Origin: Methanobacteriota archaeon
GTDB lineage: Archaea; Thermoplasmatota; Thermoplasmata; SG8-5; JACRNV01
Direction: 5' to 3'
NCBI GenBank assembly: GCA_016214785.1
Contig: JACRNV010000001.1
Coordinates: forward strand, 240-64,239
Length of the DNA stretch: 64,000 nt
Part shown: positions 23,801-26,800 of the stretch, in pieces
Layout of the letters: each line of letters starts with the position of its first letter
How positions within the stretch are numbered: the stretch's first letter is position 1
Notes under the pieces: model-generated
The model's input: only the letters and a program-made list of their open reading frames with translations
The model's database searches: none
What the model was told of the DNA's origin: nothing
Translations under genes and position numbers: made by a program

Positions 23801-26800
23801 CAGTCTCGGGCTCGGCCAACGTGACCGTGACGGGCGCTTCCATCGACCACATCGCAGTTACGCCAAACCCGGTGTCGGTCGTTGCCGGGGGCTCGCAGGC
23901 CTTCGCGGCAGTGGCCTACGACCTATACGGCAACGCGATACCCGGCGTTCAGTTCTCTTGGGCGACGGACGTCGGCTCCATAGATGCCGCGGGCCTGTTC
24001 ATTGCGAGGACGCTGCAGGGCTTGGGCGTCGTGACCGCGTCGAACGGGTCTGTCAGCGCGTCGGCGACTGTGAATGTCGTCCCCGGCCCGCTCGACCACA
24101 TCTTCGTCATACCGGACCCGGCATACGTCATTGTGGGCGGTTCGAGGGCATTCAACGCGATAGCCTTCGATGTGTACGGCAATGCGATTTCCGGCGTATC
24201 CTTTGCCTGGACGACCGACGTGGGCGCCATCACCGCGGCGGGCGCCTTCACCGCGCAGTTGGTGGCGGCCAGCGGAATCGTCACGGCGACGAACGGCTCC
24301 GCAAGCTACTCCGCCACGGTCAATGTCCTGCCCGGCCCGGTAGCCTCCATAATCGTAAGCCCGGACCCGGCTTCGGTCATCGTCGGAGGTACGGCTTCCT
24401 TCACGGTCGTGGCCTACGACGCCTATGGCAACATCGTGACCAACGCCCAGCTAGCCTGGTCCACGAACGTGGGCACGATAACGACCACGGGCCTCCTCAC
24501 GGCGCAGACCGTGCCGGGAGCCGGGACGGTAACGGCCTCCAACGGGACCGTGAGCGATTCCGCAGCCGTGAACGTGCTCGTGGGCGCCTTGCACCACATA
24601 ATAGTCTCCCCAGGCCCAGTGAACGTCACCGTTGGCGCGAGCCAGCCGTTCACGGCCGTCGCATACGACCAGTACGGCAACGTCATCGCAGGCGTGGCGT
24701 TCGCATGGGGCGCGAACGTCGGAGCAATTGACGCATCGGGCGTTCTCACGGCAAGGACCACGCCGGGCGCGGGCATCGTCACTGCATCGAACGGGACGGT
24801 CGGCGGCAATGCAAATGTCAATATCGTTGCCGGGCCGCTCCACCACATCGCAGTAGGCCCGGACACGGCCAATGTAATCGTGAACGGGCTGCTGCAGTTC
24901 GTCGCAACCGCCTACGATGTGTACAACAACACGCTGACGGGCATCGGCTTCGCCTGGGGCACCGATGTTGGTACAATCAGTACGACCGGCCTCTTCACTG
25001 CGTGGCTGACGCCCGCAACTGGCACAGTGACCGCGACAAACGTCTCCATATCGGGCTCAGCCAGCGTCACGGTTACCAATGCCGTAGTCGACCATATAAT
25101 CGTCATGCCCGACCCGGCCACGGTCGTGGTCGGCGGCACTCTGGCATTCACAGCCATCGCGTACGACGCATTCAACAACGCCATCTCAGGCATTACCTTC
25201 GTCTGGACGACCGATGTCGGCACCGTCAGCTCTACGGGTGTCCTCACAGCACAGGTGACGCCGGGCGCGGGCACTGTCACTGCGACCTACGGCGCCGTAT
25301 CGGACTCCGCGTCCGTGGCGGTAATGATCGCGAACATCGACCACATTGTCGTTGCGCCGAACCCCGTCTCAGTCGAGGCGACCGGTACGCAGGCCTTCAC
25401 AGGGACCGCATATGACGTGTACGGCAATGCAATAACAGGGGTCAGCTTCGTTTGGACGACGGACATCGGAACCATCGATTCGTCCGGGCTCTTCACGGCG
25501 CGGGCGCTCCAGGGCATCGGGCACGTCCTCGCCGCCAACGGCACTGTCAGCGGCGAGGCGCACGTCGACGTAGTCCCCGGGCCGCTGGACCACATAGTGA
25601 TCGTGCCAGACCCCGCCTACGTTGTAGTGGGTGGCACGAGGGCGTTCATCGCGGTCGCATTCGACGCCTACGGCAACGCGCTGTCCGGCATGAGCTATGT
25701 GTGGACCACCGACATGGGCTCCATCGGCGCCTCCGGCCTCTTCACGGCGCGGCTGCAGACTGGGACGGGCACAGTGACGGCGACGAACGGCTCTGTCAGC
25801 CATTCCGCAGTCGTGTATGTCGTACCCGGCGCGATCGACCATATAATCGTCACGCCAAACCCGGCATCGGTCGTCGTCGGCGGCTCGGTCGCATTCACGG
25901 CGACGGCATACGATGCGCAGGATAACCAAATATCGGACGCAATATTCACATGGACCACGGACGCGGGCTCGGTCGGCGCGACCGGCCTGCTGACCGCGCG
26001 CACGACTCCTGGGTCCGGCACCGTCACAGCCACTAACGGCACGGTTTCGGGCTCGGCAATCGTGAACGTCCTGGTCGGAAGCGTCGATCACATCGCAGTT
26101 TCCCCCGACCCGGTTACGGTTGTTGTTGGCAGCTCCCAGCAGTTCACGGCAGTGGCATACGATGTCTACAACAACGTCGTGTCTGGTGCAGTCTTTCTGT
26201 GGGCAACGAACGTAGGTTCTGTGGTCGGCACGGGCCTGCTGACGGCGCAGACCGCGCCCGGCTCGGGTACGGTCACAGCATCCAACGGCACGGTGAGCAG
26301 CTCGGCGAACGTCACTGTCGTTCATGGCGTCATCGACCACATCATCGTCTCCCCCAGCCCGGCCAGCGTTGCAGCGGGAGGCACGAAATCTTTCACTGCC
26401 GTTGCCTATGACTTCTACGACAATCAGATAGAGGGCGCGAGCTTCGCGTGGTCCACGAATGTGGGCGTCATGAACACGACGGGCTTCTACGTGGCCCAGA
26501 CTGCGATTGGGACAGGTGTGGTGACAGCGACGAGCGGTGGCGTAAGCGGCTCCGCGATCGTGAATGTGACGCCAAGCAACCTGCACCATATAACGGTCGC
26601 GCCCAACCCGGCCACGGTGGTTGTGGGCGGGACGCAGGCATTCTCCGCAGTCGCGTACGACATTTATAACAATGTAATATCGGGAGCAGGGTTCGTCTGG
26701 GGGACCAATGTCGGTTCCATTGACGGCCTAGGCGCACTGACCGCTAGGACAACCCCCGCCCAGGGGACGGTCATCGCCATCAACGGCTCGGTGAGCGGCA